Shown here: piece by piece, positions 8,361 through 10,539 of the stretch
How the letters are laid out: every line of letters begins with the position of its first letter
Position numbering within the stretch: position 1 is the stretch's first letter
Assembly (NCBI GenBank): GCA_045805065.1
Contig: JBJMMA010000070.1
Coordinates: 1 to 10,539, forward strand
Length of the DNA: 10,539 nt
Source: Bdellovibrionia bacterium
Lineage (GTDB): Bacteria; Bdellovibrionota; UBA1018
Reading direction: 5' to 3'
Made by a program: the position numbers and the translations under genes
The notes under the pieces: model-generated
What the model was told of the DNA's origin: nothing
What the model saw: the letters and a program-made list of their open reading frames with translations, nothing else
Database searches by the model: none

Positions 8361-9044
8361 ATGGCAAAACAAAGCAGTACCGGTACACGGCGCACGGCAA
8401 AATCTTTGCGTTCCCCAAACGCCCGCTCCAGAGTGGCTAAAAGCCCACGCGGAGCAGGCGGAAGAAACGTCATTCAGCTCAATGAGGCACGCAAAACCCG
8501 GACGCATCGGGGAATCCATCAAATCGGTCTTGGACATCTCCTCGATTTTCTCAGTGAGATGCTGGTACTTCAGAAAAACAGCATTCGACTGATGACATTG
8601 GCTCGGGATCGAGCTTTGTCAGCGGATATCCGCCAGTGGCTGGATCAGTTTGTTGATGCGACCGAAAGCCGGTGCGACCAGATCCGAACCATTATTCGAG
8701 ATCTGGGAGGTAATCCTGTTTTTGTCAGCCCTGCCGCTCAAGTTCAGCAGCAAAGAGTGGAAGCCGCTCTTCAGCTGGCAGTTCCGTCCAAGCTGCAATA
8801 CCTTTGTGACATTGAGAATTGCTGGTACGCTTCTTTACAGGAAAACGTTCATTTAGCTTTCCTGCGATCCATTCTTCCGTTCCTGGATAGTGTTCATGCC
8901 CAAGACCGCCTTGAGGATCTTCTTGAGAACACGGCACGTGAGCAGGAAGACCGATTGGAATGGCTTCAGCAGACGCTTCACCGCCTGCTGCTGCAGCGAG
9001 CAGTCATGCCGAGCAACGGAAATGACTGGTATCGCGCAGCTTAA
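8361..9044 (+). CDS. Ferritin-like four-helix-bundle protein with an Arg/Lys-rich N-terminal extension
   Basis: The helical pattern LLDFLSEML...DIRQWLDQFVDATESRCDQIRTIIRDLGGNP (the I..LGG.P turn typical of ferritin/DUF892-like folds) and the final helix EQEDRLEWLQQTL. ATG 8361 is preferred to 8352 if the sigma-54 site is real. Confidence 0.6.
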   Translation: MAKQSSTGTRRTAKSLRSPNARSRVAKSPRGAGGRNVIQLNEARKTRTHRGIHQIGLGHLLDFLSEMLVLQKNSIRLMTLARDRALSADIRQWLDQFVDATESRCDQIRTIIRDLGGNPVFVSPAAQVQQQRVEAALQLAVPSKLQYLCDIENCWYASLQENVHLAFLRSILPFLDSVHAQDRLEDLLENTAREQEDRLEWLQQTLHRLLLQRAVMPSNGNDWYRAA

Positions 9045-9053
9045 TCCATCTTT

Positions 9054-9085
9054 AAATAACGCTTATTAAAAATAACGCTTGTTAA
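9054..9085. repeat. 16-bp tandem duplication AAATAACGCTT(A/G)TTAA x2
   Basis: 9054-9069 aaataacgcttattaa and 9070-9085 aaataacgcttgttaa differ by one base; they lie between convergent genes. Confidence 0.85.
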
Positions 9086-9321
9086 GTTTCGGGATGCACG
9101 GGCGTCGGAATTGGCTCACGCATCGGTTGAATATGCGGCTCGTGTGGCGCGATCTCAGGTGAGCGACCGGGCTGTGGGGGCGTCGCATCAGGAGACGGCT
9201 CCGGCGTGATTTCAGGTGATTGACGGCGAGGCGGTTCATTAATCTCCGGCTCTTGCATCGGCGGGTTAATCTCAGGAGATTTCTGCGGAAATATTTCTGG
9301 GCGTTCGAATACGGTCTTCAT
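9082..9321 (-). CDS. Small proline-rich protein with PEIxP repeats (79 aa, hypothetical)
   Basis: ATG at 9321. Five PEI copies are encoded by varied synonymous codons (CCA GAA ATA; CCT GAG ATT; CCG GAG ATT; CCT GAA ATC; CCT GAG ATC), which suggests protein-level constraint. It fills an otherwise empty gap. Confidence 0.65.
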   Translation of the reverse strand: MKTVFERPEIFPQKSPEINPPMQEPEINEPPRRQSPEITPEPSPDATPPQPGRSPEIAPHEPHIQPMREPIPTPVHPET

Positions 9322-9334
9322 CGACGCAAAGTTT

Positions 9335-9350
9335 TGCAAATCGTGATCCG
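9335..9350 (-). promoter_or_regulatory. Putative sigma-54 promoter CGGATCACGATTTGCA (minus strand)
   Basis: GG-N10-GC with a good TTTGCA -12 box but a weaker -24 box (CGGAT versus TGGCA). Predicted +1 near 9324, just before ATG 9321. Confidence 0.4.
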
Positions 9351-9358
9351 CACTCAAA

Positions 9359-9384
9359 GTAGCGGCTTAGGGTAGCGGCTTAGG
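9359..9384. repeat. Perfect 13-bp tandem repeat GTAGCGGCTTAGG x2
   Basis: 9359-9371 and 9372-9384 are identical; a degenerate partial copy (GCAGC) follows and AGCGGC recurs at 9395-9400. Confidence 0.9.
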
Positions 9385-9413
9385 GCAGCATTCAAGCGGC
9401 CGACAGCGAGCTG

Positions 9414-9430
9414 CTGGCTCTGGGCTTGCA
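9414..9430 (+). promoter_or_regulatory. Putative sigma-54 promoter CTGGCTCTGGGCTTGCA
   Basis: TGGC-N7-TTGCA with GG at 9416-9417 and GC at 9428-9429. A second overlapping GG-N10-GC register (TGGGCTTGCATTTGCT) is at 9421-9436. SD AGGAGG follows at 9469-9474. Confidence 0.55.
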
Positions 9431-9483
9431 TTTGCTAGGTTTGTAGCCATTTTTAAAGAACTTTCATCAGGAGGATCTCCGTT

Positions 9484-10488
9484 ATGAAAAAGTTAACGAT
9501 ACCTATGCTTGCCTTGGCAGGCGCATTATGTGCCCTTCAAGCCCACGGGGACGACAAGCAAATTGATTGGAGCTCGGTGCCCGGCGGACATGGCCGAAAC
9601 GATGTCAGCCGTGACTTTGTTGCTGCTCCAGATCCGCTCAACGTGATTTTAAGTAATTCATTCTCGGCTTGGGAATCCAGGCAGTCCATCTATGCTCAGG
9701 CCCGTACGACGACTGGCCGTGATCAGCGCCGCGCTGCTTTGGGCAATCCGAACCAGGGTGTGGCTTCGAACGTTTCTTACACCTCGGAAGCCATCGTGAC
9801 GACTCAGGCAGCTCCGACTGAACAGTCTGCCCAAGCAGACAATCAGTCTCTTTATTCTGAAAATGCAAACACGAGTTCAAGCGATACGCAGGCTCAGTCA
9901 CAGAACAGATCGCAGGATCAGAATGCCCGCTCAAGCGGCAGCTCGGATCAAAGCGTCGCTACGACGACTCAGACCAAATCGGACACTTCCAACACTAAGT
10001 CGGATACTTCCAATAAAACGGCAGACGCATCGAAATTGGAAGCTAAGTCTCGCCTCGCTCCTCACGCCTTGATCATTGAAAGCTCCCTGGCCAGCGCCAT
10101 GGACCAGGTTCGCGGCATGAAGGGCGAGTTGGAAATGACCCAGGATATCAAGAAAGCCGACAAGATGGCCGTTCAAGGCTATCAGGCTTTCATGAAAGAG
10201 ATGAAAAACGACATCAATGTGGCTCGTACTCATGAGCGCCAGATGATGTCTCAAATTCGCAACTATCCTGAAGTCGCAAACAGTAACGAGTTCAAGAGCG
10301 TGCAACCTGCGCTTCGCGATCTTCAGAGCTCTTTGAGCCAGTGGGAAAGCAAGGCTGGCAACGCTCAATACTGGAATAACCAGCAGCAGGCCAAGGCCGA
10401 TATCAGCAATCTCGAAAAGCAGCTCAGCAACGCCTTGGATAAGGTGAAGAGCTTCAATTCGAGCAAGCTCAATGCTTCCATGGGCTAA
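9484..10488 (+). CDS. Hypothetical exported protein: Sec signal peptide, Ser/Thr/Gln-rich linker, C-terminal helical domain
   Basis: Strong SD AGGAGG; signal peptide MKKLTIPMLALAGALCALQAHG|DD; low-complexity middle region; amphipathic helical pattern over the C-terminal about 140 aa. Confidence 0.85.
   Translation: MKKLTIPMLALAGALCALQAHGDDKQIDWSSVPGGHGRNDVSRDFVAAPDPLNVILSNSFSAWESRQSIYAQARTTTGRDQRRAALGNPNQGVASNVSYTSEAIVTTQAAPTEQSAQADNQSLYSENANTSSSDTQAQSQNRSQDQNARSSGSSDQSVATTTQTKSDTSNTKSDTSNKTADASKLEAKSRLAPHALIIESSLASAMDQVRGMKGELEMTQDIKKADKMAVQGYQAFMKEMKNDINVARTHERQMMSQIRNYPEVANSNEFKSVQPALRDLQSSLSQWESKAGNAQYWNNQQQAKADISNLEKQLSNALDKVKSFNSSKLNASMG
9973..10014 (+). repeat. Intragenic 21-bp duplication encoding TKSDTSN x2
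   Basis: accaaatcggacacttccaac versus actaagtcggatacttccaat: four differences, all at synonymous third positions. Confidence 0.85.
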
Positions 10489-10520
10489 GCATTAAGAGTT
10501 TAAAGCCTCATTCTCACGCC

Positions 10521-10539
10521 GACCCGGTCCATCCGGGTC
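10521..10539 (+). terminator. Probable intrinsic terminator hairpin, cut by the window end
   Basis: GACCCGG-tccat-CCGGGTC perfect 7-bp stem starting 33 nt after the stop at 10488; any U-tract would lie outside the window. Confidence 0.55.

Noticed and set aside
471..9321. A RiPP/bacteriocin cluster (repeat peptide precursor, S8 and M42 peptidases, exporter)
   Set aside because: No modifying enzyme, no leader motif, and the genes lie in separate, differently oriented units interrupted by ndh and yihY.
9322..9357. TTG start at 9357 for the Pro-rich ORF
   Set aside because: No SD, and it would run through the putative promoter; ATG 9321 is more parsimonious.
9054..9384. Short repeats as a CRISPR array or as terminal repeats/target-site duplication of a mobile element
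   Set aside because: Only two adjacent copies each with no spacers, the two flanking repeats differ from each other, and there is no cas, transposase or integrase gene in the window.
9484..9549. Lipoprotein signal at Cys16 of the exported protein
   Set aside because: G-A-L-C does not match the [LVI][ASTVI][GAS]C lipobox; A-H-G fits signal peptidase I better.

Overview
Ordinary bacterial chromosomal window of moderate GC with 11 supported CDSs and no rRNA, tRNA, CRISPR or mobile element. In order: the 3' part of a PaaI/hotdog thioesterase; a translationally coupled efflux operon with two EmrA-type adaptors flanking one DHA2/EmrB MFS transporter (no TolC or regulator in view); a minus-strand run of M42/M20-like metallopeptidase, YihY/BrkB membrane protein and signal-less S8 subtilase; and a type II NADH dehydrogenase head-to-head with the peptidase across only about 30 bp. 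The most interesting part is 8.3-10.5 kb: three poorly characterised genes (a ferritin-like protein with a very basic tail and apparently lost metal ligands, a 79-aa Pro-rich PEIxP-repeat protein, and a secreted Ser/Thr/Gln-rich helical protein). Each has a correctly spaced sigma-54-type GG-N10-GC motif upstream, and short tandem duplications flank the middle gene. All family calls come from motif recognition by eye; no database searches were run.
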